In this document: piece after piece, positions 13,091 to 25,713 of the stretch
Numbering within the stretch: position 1 is the first letter of the stretch
Layout: the number at the start of each line of letters is the position of its first letter
Source: Octopus bimaculoides
Taxonomy: Eukaryota
Length of the DNA stretch: 64,000 bases
Direction: 5' to 3'
NCBI RefSeq assembly: GCF_001194135.2
Contig: NC_068985.1
Span: 16,715,911 to 16,779,910, forward strand
Translations under genes and position numbers: made by a program
Notes under the pieces: generated by a model
What the model saw: the letters and a program-made list of their open reading frames with translations, nothing else
The model's database searches: none
What the model was told of the DNA's origin: nothing

Positions 13091-13603
13091 ATATTTAAAT
13101 ATACTGGTGAGCAACAACTTCATTGATATTAAATAAAATATCTATTAGAACTGCCCAACTTCTGTCCTGATGCTTGCCACAAACTTCAGTGGAAAATATA
13201 GAACTTACAAGATCACATCTGCTATTTATAGTATTTTGGAATACCAAAAATTTTGTAGGAGACATTGAAATGAAATAATCATTTTTTTCTATATCTATCA
13301 TTATCATCATCATTGTTTAACATCGATCTTCTTTGCTGGCATGGGTTGGACAGTTTAACAAGATTCAAGATGGGGGACTCTGCATGCTCCAATGTCTGCA
13401 TATGTATATATGTATATATCACCATCGTCATAATTTAACATTCGCTTTCCATTCTGGCATGGGTTGGACAGTTTGACAGGAACTGGCTCACAACAGACAA
13501 TTGGAGTCTGGCTAGCTCCAGTCAAATTATTCAATCCATACCAGCATGAAAAACAGATGCTAAACAATGATGATGATATATATACATGTATATACATACT
13601 ATA

Positions 13604-13800
13604 TCTATATATATAAAACTGAGAATGTGTGTCTGACTATCTGTCTCTGTGTATCTGTATGTGTGCATCACAAAGACTTGAGAACTACCCAACAAATTTC
13701 ATTCAAGTTTTATATATGCATTATTTAGGGTCCATGGAATATCATGGGCCAAAAAAATTTTCAACTTTGTGCCAAATGCGAGCCTGGAGCAATCTCTTAG
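13604..13800 (+). mobile_element. Possible non-autonomous Helitron 5' end
   Basis: A|TCTATATATATAAAACTGAGAATGT is typical of Helitron-N 5' termini; right boundary uncertain. Confidence 0.45.
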
Positions 13801-14331
13801 ACTGTTTCAGTATTATGTGTCAAAAGTGAAACAATAACATCTCTATTGTAATGTGATATAATAGTTTCATTTTTATATGATTTCACTTGCAACAGTTCCA
13901 CTTTTAATAGTTTCATTTTCATTAGTTTCACTATGTATATATATATANNNNNNNNNNNNNNNNNNNNNNNNNNNNNNNNNNNNNNNNNNNNNNNNNNNNN
14001 NNNNNNNNNNNNNNNNNNNNNNNNNNNNNNNNNNNNNNNNNNNNNNNNNNNNNNNNNNNNNNNNNNNNNNNNNNNNNNNNNNNNNNNNNNNNNNNNNNNN
14101 NNNNNNNNNNNNNNNNNNNNNNNNNNNNNNNNNNNNNNNNNNNNNNNNNNNNNNNNNNNNNNNNNNNNNNNNNNNNNNNNNNNNNNNNNNNNNNNNNNNN
14201 NNNNNNNNNNNNNNNNNNNNNNNNNNNNNNNNNNNNNNNNNNNNNNNNNNNNNNNNNNNNNNNNNNNNNNNNNNNNNNNNNNNNNNNNNNNNNNNNATGG
14301 CAACACCAGGCTCCAGTCTGATTTGGCAGAG

Positions 14332-14465
14332 ATCCAGCTGTAGAAACTCTGCCAAATCAGACTGGAGCCTGGTGTTGCCATCCGGTTTCACCAGTCCTCA
14401 GTCAAATCGTCCAACCCATGCTAGCATGGAAAGCGGACGTTAAACGATGATGATGATGATGATGA
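14332..14465 (+). mobile_element. Family C 3' portion (young copy)
   Basis: Identical over ~128 bp to the reverse complement of 28343-28470. Confidence 0.9.
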
Positions 14466-14490
14466 TATATATATATATATATATATATAA

Positions 14491-14530
14491 ACTAGCAGAG
14501 ATATCCAGCCTTGCTCAGGATTAAAATGGC
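14491..14530 (-). mobile_element. Possible Helitron 3' end
   Basis: Minus strand reads cctgagcaaggctggatatctctgCTAG|T: degenerate hairpin followed by CTAG and T. Confidence 0.5.
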
Positions 14531-14804
14531 ATAGTTTTTTTAAAGTTTTACTTGTTTCAGTCATGTGACTGGCCAAGCAGGTGCACCGCCATTGATTGAA
14601 CAAATCAACCACAGGATTTATTCTTTGTAAGCCTAGTACTTATTCTCTCAGTGTCTTTTCCCAAACCGCTAAGTTATGGGAACAGAAACACAGTAACATC
14701 AGTTGTCAAACAATGGTGGAGGTACAAACACAGGCACACACACATACAAATATACACATATATACGACAGTCTTCTTTAAGTTTCCGTGTACAAAATCCA
14801 CTCA

Positions 14805-15091
14805 CATTCGAGCGAGATCGTTGCCAGTGCCGCTGGACTGGCTCCTGTGCAGGTGGCACGTAAAATACACCATTTTGAGCGTGGCTGTTGCCAGTACCGC
14901 CTGACTGGCCTTCATGCCAGTGGCACATAAAAGCACCCACTACACTCTCAGAGTGGTTGGAGTTAGGAAGGGAATCCAGCTGTAGAAACTCTGCCAAATC
15001 AGATTGGAGCCTGGTGTAGCCACCTGGTTCACCAGTCTTCAGTCAAATCGTCCAACCCATGCTAGCATGGAAAGTGGACGTTAAACAATGA

Positions 15092-15095
<4 letters not shown>
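14805..15095 (+). mobile_element. Family C with two tandem units
   Basis: cattcgagcgagatcgttgccagt... through ggaaagtggacgttaaacaatgatgat. Confidence 0.9.
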
Positions 15096-15130
<35 letters not shown>

Positions 15131-15474
15131 TGTGTGTCTGTTTGTACCCCCACCATCATTTGACAACTGATGTTGGTGTGTTTACATCCCCGTGACTTAG
15201 CGGTTCAGCAAAAGAAGAGACCGATAGAATAAGTACTAGGCTTACAAAGAATAAATCCTGGGGTCGATTTGTATGACTAAAGGCGGTGCTCTAGCATGGC
15301 CACATTCAAAGGACTGAAGCAAATAAACAAATACACCTGGTTGGTGTAGCATTCGGCTAACTGAATGTGCATTGGCTAAATTCAAATTATTTAGAAAAGA
15401 GATCACTAGAAATCCAAGTTATAATCCAATAGGCATAATATATGCCTCACTGAGTGTATAATAATAATAATAAT

Positions 15475-15861
15475 TTGGTAATCTTTCGATACTAGGCCGG
15501 AATATCGGCCTTTTCCGTAACACCTGCACGATCTTCACTAGGGTTAGTTTTAGGGTTAGGGTTAGGGTTAAGAGAGATAGATAGTGGTAAGCAGCAAACA
15601 ACAAGCAAAAACATAAAAAAAACATACCTTTTCTCTCTCTCTCTCCCTCTATATCTCTTTTAACCTTAACCCTTACCCTAACCCTAAACCTAAACACTAA
15701 CCCTAACCCTAAAACCCCAATCCTGACACTAAAACCCTAACCCTAACACCCTAGTGAAGATTGTGCGGGTGTTACAGAAAAGGCCGATCTTTGGTAAAGA
15801 TCGCCAAAGACACTTTTACGGAAAAGGCCGATATTCTGGCCTAGTATCGAAAGATCTCCAA
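15475..15861. mobile_element. Foldback MITE with inverted internal telomere-like repeats
   Basis: ~46-bp TIRs (ttgg..atctttcgatactaggcc.gaatatcggccttttccgtaa); TTAGGG repeats on the left and CCCTAA repeats on the right; flanked by taat direct repeats. Confidence 0.85.
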
Positions 15862-17029
15862 TAATTTAAATGAGGAAAATATAAATTTAAAATTGATGTT
15901 ACAATCGTTTCAGTAAACGGGCACTTTTTTAATATTCCATACCATACTTATAAATATGTACTGTATACAATACATGCAACATATGCAATAAAATAAAAAT
16001 TACCATTGTTCATTCAATTTAATTAGACATCATTATGCGAAACATAATTGACTTAAGAAATAAACATGTGATGCACAATAAATTTATAACACTTCATGGG
16101 CATGTTGACGCAATTCAAATGCACAAGCGTGCGTATATGTGTTTTGATATGCAATAGTCGTAAATGGGTATCACCATCATACAAGCGGTGGCATTCCCCT
16201 CCAATCTTCCATGAAAATGCTTGGCAAAACGTGTGAGGATTGAGGACAGGAAAGGCATCCCGACATAGAAAAATCTACTTCAATAAGCTCCACTTGACTC
16301 ATGCAAGCATGAAAAAATGGACGTTAAAACGATGATGATGCGTTTGTGTGTGTATATGTATGTGTTCACTTGTATACATATGCATGTGTGTGTGTGTTTG
16401 TGCACGCATTTGTATATATTTAATGAGAATATAACAATATTTTAGTTCTTTCGTTGAATGAAAACCACAATGTATGAGTAGGATGAGAATTTTGGGGAAA
16501 AAAATTTGTGACTATGGCCATTAAACACAGAAACAATAGCAAGGCATTTCATGAAAACATACATAGAAAGCAAAACAGTCAATGCATTTATAAATGGACA
16601 CACAAACGGCAAATAGTCCCCCACAAATACACAGTTGCATTCGTAGACATACATAAATTCACAATACATTATACATAATAGATTAAACTCAATACATGCT
16701 TACAATACGCAACAGACACACACCATACACGTACATAAGCATCAGAATATTTGTTCAGTTTCTGATGGATTTATTCAATAATGATGTTGGAGATAAACGT
16801 CAATGGTTGCCAATATTGATAGCAGGACGGAGTCAGATGTTAAAATGTATGTTTAGTCAACTTCATATTAACAGTGATGCAATAATATGGGAGAATAAAG
16901 TAATAAAGTGTCTGACATTATGGTTTGCAAAGCATGTTTCTGTTTCTCTGTTTTAGCAGCATTAGCGATATGCTGAAATCTGTGACATATCGATAAAAAG
17001 AAACATCGTTATAAATATAATAGTTTCAC

Positions 17030-17372
17030 AAGCCAACGAGGTCGCTTGAACAACTAGAAATAGCAGCTAGCTAAATCTCCCTCAAATTACATTCTAATGT
17101 CTTAAAAAATAGACACATTGGATAATGTAGTTTGGAGTACAACAATGTCTGATGAAAGACGGGACTGTAATAACGGGAATACCTTTGATCATATTCTTGT
17201 TTGATCAGGACTGGGGCTAACCAACAAGTAATAATCACACCCTTCCCTATCAAAATGGAGAAGACTTATGGGATAATGTAGTCCTAGGTAGATAAAGTAG
17301 GATGATCAGTGTTGCAACACCTTTAATGATAGGTCTACTCAATCATGGTTGACCTAGGGTTAAACAACAACT
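17030..17372 (+). mobile_element. Interspersed repeat family D (unclassified, SINE-like)
   Basis: ctagaaatagcagc..aaatctccctcaaat..ggataatgtag..gacctagggttaaacaacaac; other copies at ~1270-1610(-), 6780-6960, 20510-20710(-), 22680-23045, 23680-24000, 63580-63700(-). Confidence 0.75.
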
Positions 17373-17807
17373 AATAAATTCACTCATCCATGAATACTTT
17401 GCCAATCATTAATGTGTAAAAATAAGTTTTGCTTCTGCCTAAAAGTACATATTATGATAAAGAAATTAAGTTAATCCAAACATATTGAAGTTTTAAATTG
17501 GATATATGAAATTCACAAAAAATGATGAAATTTCTGTTTTTTTAAAAAAATGAATTATTTATATTATCGATATTTTCTTCTGATATATAACACAGACTTT
17601 CATATCTGTCAAACTTTCTATATTTTCATTTAAAAGATGTAAAAATTCACTCATTACCATATGAAAAGATTCAATCTTAGAATAGCTCATCATAATCATA
17701 GCCTAATCTAAATAAAGATGTGCTCAGCAAACTGTTCTTATACAACTTTATTCATAATTTCTTAATGATAATCTTTTTCTCTTTCCTTTTGTCATATATA
17801 ATCTCAG

Positions 17808-17859
17808 TTTGATCCTGCTGTGTGGCATTTTAGGAAATTGTCTTCCATCAGAGTCTCAG
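17808..17859 (+). CDS. Candidate internal coding exon (FDPAVWHFRKLSSIRVS or LILLCGILGNCLPSESQ), unknown gene
   Basis: Long polypyrimidine tract then ctcag|, donor CAG|gtaaat; two open frames; no family recognised. Confidence 0.35.
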
Positions 17860-18529
17860 GTAAATGTATGAAAATCTATCAGAAGTGTTCTTGCTCATGG
17901 GCAGTAGACTAAATTCCTTGGTGACATTAGGAGAATTACTTCATTGCAAACATTTAGGTGAGATTTTTGGTTTGAGGATAGCTTCCATTCTTAGGCGCAG
18001 GAGTAGCTGTGTGGTAAGTAGCTTGCTTACCAACCACATGAAGGTCATAGGAGCTACCCTTCCACTTTTGACTAGGCCATTTAAAAAAAAAAATCTCGCT
18101 ACAAGATTTCCTTTATGGAACATAACTCACTGCATTTATATTCAATAAACTTTACATTATTATCATTATACTTATCATTATTAGTTTCTGTATTTATTTT
18201 CCTACCTAATGCTTCTTACAAATATAAGTTCTGATACCCTTTTTTAAGATACAGAATTTACTGTAGGGATTTGAAGCTACATTTCTTTTCATCATTGCAT
18301 AACAAGCAAGCCAAGAGTTTGAGTTCTAGTTGTAAATTGTTAACTCTAATAGATAGTATGCAAAGTAAAGTTTATAGATGCTTCAGTAGCACTCAGTATT
18401 AACTTTAAAGTACTAAGCTATCACTTAAATTTCGAGTCAGCTCGTTTACTTCTTTTGTTTTAGTTTTCGTTCCTTTTGCTTTCTTTATAACATAGCTAAG
18501 ATTTCTCATTAACAATTAGCTTATTCCAG

Positions 18530-18601
18530 ATGTTGGCAAGTATATCAAAATGGAAAAGCTTATGCCTCAGATTACTTTTGAAACTATTCTCAATTGTTTA
18601 G
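18530..18601 (+). CDS. Candidate internal coding exon (DVGKYIKMEKLMPQITFETILNCL), unknown gene
   Basis: ttattccag| acceptor, TAG|gtatat donor; phase 1-1, compatible with the FDPAV frame of 17808-17859. Confidence 0.3.
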   Translation: MLASISKWKSLCLRLLLKLFSIV

Positions 18602-19144
18602 GTATATATGTAGATGTGTGTATGTGTGTGTAAGTGAGAGAGTAAGTGAGATAGAGAAAGCAAGAGAGAGAGAAAGAGAAGGAAAGAGATAGAGAAAGCA
18701 AGAGAGAGAGAGATGTTAGCTCCCGAAATAGTTGTCTTTTAGCAGTCAGCTGTCATCTGTAATGTACTAATATTCTATGTCCAAATCTCCTGGCAACTGC
18801 AACCACTATACCATTCATCATTGTTTAATTACCTCTGATTGTTCATTAGAAATTAATTACCGATTATTCATGAAAGAGGTCAAGAATTTTAACATTACTA
18901 CTTGCAAAGGCCATGGCTTCCAGAGGTTAATTTTGTTTTGACTACAGCTTTCATTTCTATCCTTAAAAATTTACCAACTTATGGAATATTATTAGCATCT
19001 AATGAAATTTAAAAGTAATGACAGACTATTAATGGTCATTTTCATGTAAATCTATCTTACACTGTTTTAACCAGTTCCTTTTCCAAATACCTTCAGTATT
19101 TTATGACTACTTATAATGACTCCCTTAGATTTGTATTTAGAGCT

Positions 19145-19440
19145 TTATTACCTCCACCTTAGTGAAGGCAAAGGTATTGTTTGAGTCGTGTTTGTTTATC
19201 TGTGGACAAGATATCTCAAGAACCGCTGGATGGATTCAGATGAAACTTTCAGGAATGTTTGGCCTTGTGACTGACATGGACTGATTAGATTTGGGGATCG
19301 ATCTGGTACCGGACAAGGATTCTGGATTATTTTTCCTGTTTTTTTATTTAATTTTTGAGAGCGGTCGGGTTCATTTTTAGTATTCTCATTTGTAACAGCA
19401 GTCGAATTTATTTCAGATATTCTCATTTTAAAAATCATCA
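19145..19440 (+). mobile_element. Helentron-associated (HINE/DINE-1-like) non-autonomous element
   Basis: 5' ttattacctccacc-ttagtgaa-ggcaaaggta subterminal inverted repeat, then gatatctcaagaaccgctggatggattcagatgaaacttt, typical of this class. Confidence 0.55.
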
Positions 19441-20742
19441 ATAAGTACTAAGTTTACAAAGAATAAGTCCTGGGGTAGATTTGCTCAACTAAAGGCAGTG
19501 CTCCAGCATGGCCACAGTCAAATGACTGTAAAAGAGTATGCAGGACAAAATGCTTAGTGAGATTTTGTCAGTCTTTATGTTCTGAGTTAAAATTCTGCTG
19601 AGGCTGACTTTGCCTTTTATCCTTTTGTGGGGGATCAATATAATAAGAACCAGTTATGTACAGGGATCAGTGTAAACCTCATCCCCCAAAACTTTAGGTT
19701 TTGTGCCTATAATAGAGAGGATTATTTTTACAGAAGTTTGTTTAAAAAAATAAATTCAGATTAATCTCTTGATGTATATCAAATGACAAATAAAAATTTC
19801 CTGAAGAGACAAATGCATTAAACTTTGAATTGGTTAACAATTATACTTCACTTCATGTTTATTCAATTATGATAGTAAAGAGTAAATATTGTTCTAAATT
19901 TAGTTGAAGCTACTGTGAAACACTTTGTATAGTTGCTTTTAAAACACACCCAGCCTCTGGCAAAGTTCTTTTGCAAGCTTGGACATGCGCTTCGTGCTGT
20001 TAGATTAAACATATTTCATAGAGAGAATGTTAACAATATGTTAACTAGGCAAAAAATCAGTTAAAAAATATTACAAGTATAGCTGTTTAGGATTTCTATA
20101 GATCCTTCTACTACTTTTAGCAGCAGCAGCAGCAGTAGCAGTAGTAGTAATAGTGACTTTAAACCATACTACTACAGCCATTGTATTACTGCTCCTTGGT
20201 AAGACACGCAAAACTGCGTCTGGATGAAGCAGGTGAAACAGCAATTTCACTGTAAAAGCAATTACACCAACAATAGACAAACCTCCACTTGAGTTACATA
20301 CAAGAATATTCCATGGATTTGAAAGATAAAGGAGGTGACCCAGAACATGATAGACAAGTTAGCATAAAATGTATATCATATGTGATTCTTGAGAGTTTGG
20401 AAAGACACAAGCTGACAATAGACTTATTCAACAGTGAAGTCTTGTCAATGTAAATTTCTCACTCAATATCTGTATCAAATAAATCTTTTTAAGTTGTTGC
20501 TGTTGTTGTTGTTGTTGTATGTTTGCGTAGCTCCTGATGGTCTCAGATCAAGCAGAACTTTGATCGATGTGTTCTAGCCATAGACATATTCTCTTATTTT
20601 CAGATAAAGTAATCAAGACTACTTTATCCAATGTGTTATTCCATTTTTTAAATAATAGATTATGGTTTGAGGGGAATTCAATTGTTCTTTTTGCAGGTTG
20701 AGTGACTGCTCAGAGGTTTTTTTCATTAAATATGTAAATTAA

Positions 20743-20947
20743 CCCTTGAACATTTAAATCAATCATATCAAGCCAAAATATTCTACTTGTTTTATGTTCA
20801 AACTGACCAGATCTGGCGTCTTCCACCTACCTTACAATGTCATTCTAAAAATAAACAATCACATCATTCAAATCTCAAAGGTACAAGATAATGCATGGTT
20901 AATTCAAAATATTGTGAATAAATAAGAGTAATATGAATGCTAAAGAG
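20743..20947. mobile_element. piggyBac-type MITE (degenerate right end)
   Basis: TTAA|CCCTT left end; aaagag|ttga right end. Confidence 0.6.
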
Positions 20948-21454
20948 TTGAGTGTTTCACTCATAGTCATTCCCTTTAATTTTCAGACAATGTAACAAAG
21001 ACTACACTATCCAATATATTACTCAATTTTTAAAATAGAAGATTGTGGTTTGAGGGGAATTTAGCTGCCCTTCTTGTAGGTTGAGTGACTGCTTAGAGGC
21101 TTTTTCATTAAATATCTGGATTAATGCATTCAAACTGACAGTTTACTGAGATTTCAAATAAGTCTTTCCATCTGTCACACTTGAAATGGTACTATGAAAG
21201 CTCTAGGCAGTTTGAAGACAATATAACTTACTGGGAATTTTTCACCAATGATATGCACAGGGAAATATGACAAGTCAATGAGAGGCTCTCTACGTGGTTG
21301 TTTAGCCAGCTAGAAACAGCAGGCAAATCTACCTTAAATCACAAACTACTGACTTGAAATAGGAGTATATATTGGATAATGTAATATATCTAGCTATACT
21401 ATGTATGAAGCATTTTTGATTATATGTTTGCTTGATTAGGGCTGACCTGAAAGA

Positions 21455-21521
21455 GGAGAAGAAGAAGAAGAAGAAGAAGAAGAAGAAGAAGAAGAAGAAG
21501 AAGAAGAAGAAGAAGAAGAAG

Positions 21522-21594
<73 letters not shown>

Positions 21595-21597
21595 TGT
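21455..21597. repeat. (GAA)n(GTA)n microsatellite
   Basis: Direct. Confidence 0.98.
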
Positions 21598-22019
21598 TTT
21601 TTTTTGTTTGCTTCTATATGATATATGCACCATCATGTCTGAATGTAAAAACGAGCCATACTTGAAATATGAGGATACACATTTTCTTGTGTTCTGATTA
21701 ATAGCCTCAACAATAACAACAAAAAGTCTTGAAGAACTCTCACTCCCATTGTACTCTCCTTTCTTTCAACTATTTTTTTTTTTTTTTACTTTCTTCAAAC
21801 ATGTATACATTCTCAGTGGTTCATAAACCTCAAAAATTCTTTTTCACAAAAGAAGGACTTTAGTTGAAGGATTGGGATTCTAGTTTCACTTCAACAATAC
21901 AATCTTATCCTAATTTACAAACTTCACCTGATACATCATAACTTGGTTGATTGGGAGAAAGACAGAAACTTAAAAACAGAAATAGATGCTAAAACAGAGC
22001 ATAATATTGAAAAAAAATA

Positions 22020-22410
22020 GGAGTGGCTGTGTGGTCAGTAGCTTGCTTACCAACCACATGGTTCTGGGTTCAGTCCCACTGCGTGGCACCTTGGGCAAGT
22101 GTCTTCTACTATAGCCTCGGGCTGACCAAAGCCTTGTGAGTGGATTTGGTAGAAGGAAACTGAAAGAAGCCCGTTGTATATGTGTGTGTGTGTGTATGTT
22201 TGTGTGTCTGTGTTTGACCCCCAACTTCGTTTGACAACCGATGCTGGTGTACTTACATCCCTGTAACTTAGTGGTTCAGCAAAAGAGACCGATAGAATAA
22301 GTACTAGGATTACAAAGAATAAGTCCTGGGGTCGATATGTTTGACTAAAGGCGGTGCTCCAGCATGGCCGCAGTCAAATGACTGAAACAAGTAAAAGAGT
22401 AAAGAGAGTA
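22020..22410 (+). mobile_element. Full-length, well-preserved SINE family A
   Basis: ggagtggctgtgtggtcagtagcttgc..ggttcagtcccactgcgtggcaccttgggcaagtg..ggccgcagtcaaatgactgaaacaagtaaaagagt. Further copies at ~24085-24510(-), 24700, 25035, 25855, 35710-36110, 43840-44210(-), 56250-56490(-), 59090-59490, 60215-60545(-), 61130-61470. Confidence 0.92.
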
Positions 22411-24857
22411 TTCTAAGTTAAAATCTGAGATGATATGTAAGCTCTGAATGAAAATTAACTTCTGACTGAAAAACAATTTAAATAAAACAATTACTTGAGT
22501 ATTATCATAGAATTGATAAATCTAATTTTCGGAGTGGGGGTGGAGTGGGGCATTAATGATTGATTTCTTTAGAATTTTAGCTTATTGACCCATTACATAC
22601 ATATATGGATGATCTTTACAATATCTTTTGCACTTTGGTCTACTAACAGCAGCTAAATGTATGTCAGATTAGACAAACCGATGAAAGAGCTACTACAAGG
22701 TTGATCGACCTGCTAGAAATAGCAGCTAAATTTCACTCAAATCACTACTCTGCCATCTTGAAGTGTATAAAAAGGAAGGACACACTTGAGAATATCATAT
22801 GCGATAAAGTATGGTAGATAAGAAAGGATTATCATTCTGCCTTAGATCATAGGTCTGCAGATATAGCAGCTAAATTTCATTTAAATCACCATTCTGCCAT
22901 CTTGAAATATACAAAAAAGGAAGGACATTGGATAATATCATATGAGATAAAGTATGGAAGATGAGAAAGGATGGTCATAGTTAGACTGCCTTAGATCAAT
23001 GACTGCCTGCTCAATGACTGTTGACCTTGGACTAAACAACAACAATAACATGTCAGAAATAATGTTTATGTTAGTCTTTCCTCACACCTGAACACTGTCA
23101 AATCTTGTAAATCAACAACTTAAAATGATTTGCTACAAGTTTCCTGTTGCCAAAAATTAAATAAATCAATTAAAATAAATAAAAAGAAGTCTTATAATAC
23201 CTCGTTGAAGTCACCTGTAGAATTGGGAAGGACTATGATGTCATATGACATCTGCTTCTCAAAGTTATCATAAGTGAAGTGACATAACTACAACATAATC
23301 AAGGAGCCTCTACGTGTTTGCTTGACCGACTAGAAATAGCAGGCAAAGGTCCTTCAAACCATGTTCTGAGGTACCGTTAGCTGTTACTCACAAGCAAGCA
23401 TAACCTGATAGCATGTACCATGTTTTCGGAGCCTATGTAGTCCAAATAGACACACCCAACTTCTCAGCCTCTCACCCCAGGACCTGTGGTACATCTAGGA
23501 TGTGATAGCTGGAGGGAGAGAGGGAGCTGCACCTGCACTCCATATGGTACTCACTACAGTTGAGTAGAACTGGAGAAACTTCATGAAATGAAGAGCTTTG
23601 CTCAAGGACACAACACACCATCTGGTATAGGAACTGAACCCATGAGCTTATGACAGTGATCCAAATACCTTAACCACTGGACCATGACCTGTTTTAAATG
23701 AAGAAGTATAATGTAAGATAAAATGATAATGGTTGGAGCATCTTTGATCATGAATCTGTTCTATCAGGGTTGACCTGGGGTTAAATAATGACAACCTGAT
23801 CATGGAGACTCATCATGATCACTCAATCTGCTAGAAATGGTAACTAAAGTTCACATAAACCACACATTAAATTTTAAAAACAGAAATGTTATACTAATTA
23901 AAGTTGTTCTTGATATATATTATTGTAAAAAGACGAGATTGTCATGGTTTTTTTAATCATAGATTAGCTTAGTCATAGCTGACCACAACAGCTTGATTAT
24001 AGATTTTGCTTGTTAATGGTTTACTTCTGCCTATGACAAGACCTTTTTAAAACATTGTGTTACTCTTCAAAGAAGGTATTTTTGTTTTACTTGTTTCAGT
24101 CATTGAACTGTGGCCATGCTGGGGCACTGCCTTTGAAAGGTTTTAGTCAAATCAATTGATTTTGGTACTTGATTTTTAAGTTTGCAATTCATTCCATTGA
24201 TCACTTTTGGCAAACCACAAAGTTGTGAGGATGTAAACAAACCATCACCAGTTATTAAGTGATGGGTGGTGAGATTCACACACACGTGTGCACACGCATG
24301 CTCATACACACATACAAAATCTCACACACACACACAGATACATATACAGTTGTTTCAACAGAGTTTTCACCTAATTGCATCTAAATTTACTCACAAGGCA
24401 TTGCTTGGCTCAGAGCTGGAATAGAAGACACTTGTTCAAAGTACCACGCAATGGGACTGAACCCAAATCCACATGGTTGCATAGCTAACTTCTTAACCAC
24501 ACATCCATGAGTGTAGTGATCCATTTGATAAAACTGAAATCTATATAAAACCACCAAACAAGAAACTATGCTGTTGTTATTGCTGTTTGATTTCTTCTTG
24601 AGCAGACCTTTGATCAAAAGCATTCTAGTCATGACCATCCAACCTTTTTCAGATATACTACATGTAAGACTAAATTTCCCCAAGTCTCTTCCTAGGAGCA
24701 AGTGTGGCTGTGTATTGAGAAGTTTGCTTCCCAACCACATGGTTCTAGGTTCAGTCGTGCCATGTGGCACTCAAGATAAATGTCTTCTGCTATATCTCCA
24801 GGCTGACCAAAAGCTTGTGAATGGATTGGGGAGATGGAAACTGAAAAAAGACCTATC

Positions 24858-24911
<54 letters not shown>

Positions 24912-25577
24912 ATATANNNNNNNNNNNNNNNNNNNNNNNNNNNNNNNNNNNNNNNNNNNNNNNNNNNNNNNNNNNNNNNNNNNNNNNNNNNNNNNNNNNN
25001 NNNNNNNNNNNNTATATATATATATATATATATAGGCGCAGGAGTGGCTGTGTGATAAGTAGCTTGCTTACCAACCACATGGTTATGGGTTCAGTCCCAC
25101 TGCATGATAGAACGTCCTTTACCAAGATGACAGTACAGTAATATCAGACCAGGAATCATATGATTACTAAGCAAACTTCTTAATCATTTGACCAAGCTTG
25201 CACCAACAGATGATAGGAATTGTAAACAAGGCATATGTAGATAAAATCCTTCATGTATGCTATTCTTTAAAATATATCCTTTATCTATGAATTCTTATCT
25301 CAATGCACTACCAAGGTATTGTTCTCTCTTTGTTTTTATCAACTCTGTTGGTACATAAGAACAGTGATAGGATGTTCTGTAGGCTACTCAAGTCACATCA
25401 GCTAGTGATGGGAGTTTTCCTCTAGGAAAATGAGATTCTGTCTATTCTCCCCCTCATGAAAAGGATTAGCCTGCAAGAGTCCTGTGTCAGAGCCACATAT
25501 AAAGCACTTGTGCTGTTGTCATAGGTGCAGACAATGTGTGCAGACAATTCGTGTGCAGACAATTCACCAACAGACAA

Positions 25578-25713
25578 TTCCCACAGGGCCTCAGACTCAA
25601 CAGGGAGGCCTATATCAAGTGCCTGGAGGAGGTTGTGGTGTTCCCCTGGGTCAAGAGGGTGGCTGCTGGAACACCCTATGCCTGGCAAAAGGACTCTGCA
25701 CCATACAACACAA
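25578..25713 (+). mobile_element. Tc1/mariner (maT/rosa-like) transposase fragment
   Basis: GLRLNREAYIKCLEEVVVFPWVKRVAAGTPYAWQKDSAPYNT resembles the W/F-QQD-A-P-H region around the second catalytic Asp. Confidence 0.75.

Noticed and set aside
14297-14381. Perfect 35-bp inverted repeat with 15-nt loop
   Set aside because: Starts exactly at a gap edge and consists of family C sequence; likely a chimeric read or assembly artefact. Long reads would settle it.
15540-15750. Head-to-head telomere repeats as a chromosome-fusion scar
   Set aside because: The tracts are short, degenerate and enclosed by TIRs with a target-like duplication; a transposon explains them better.
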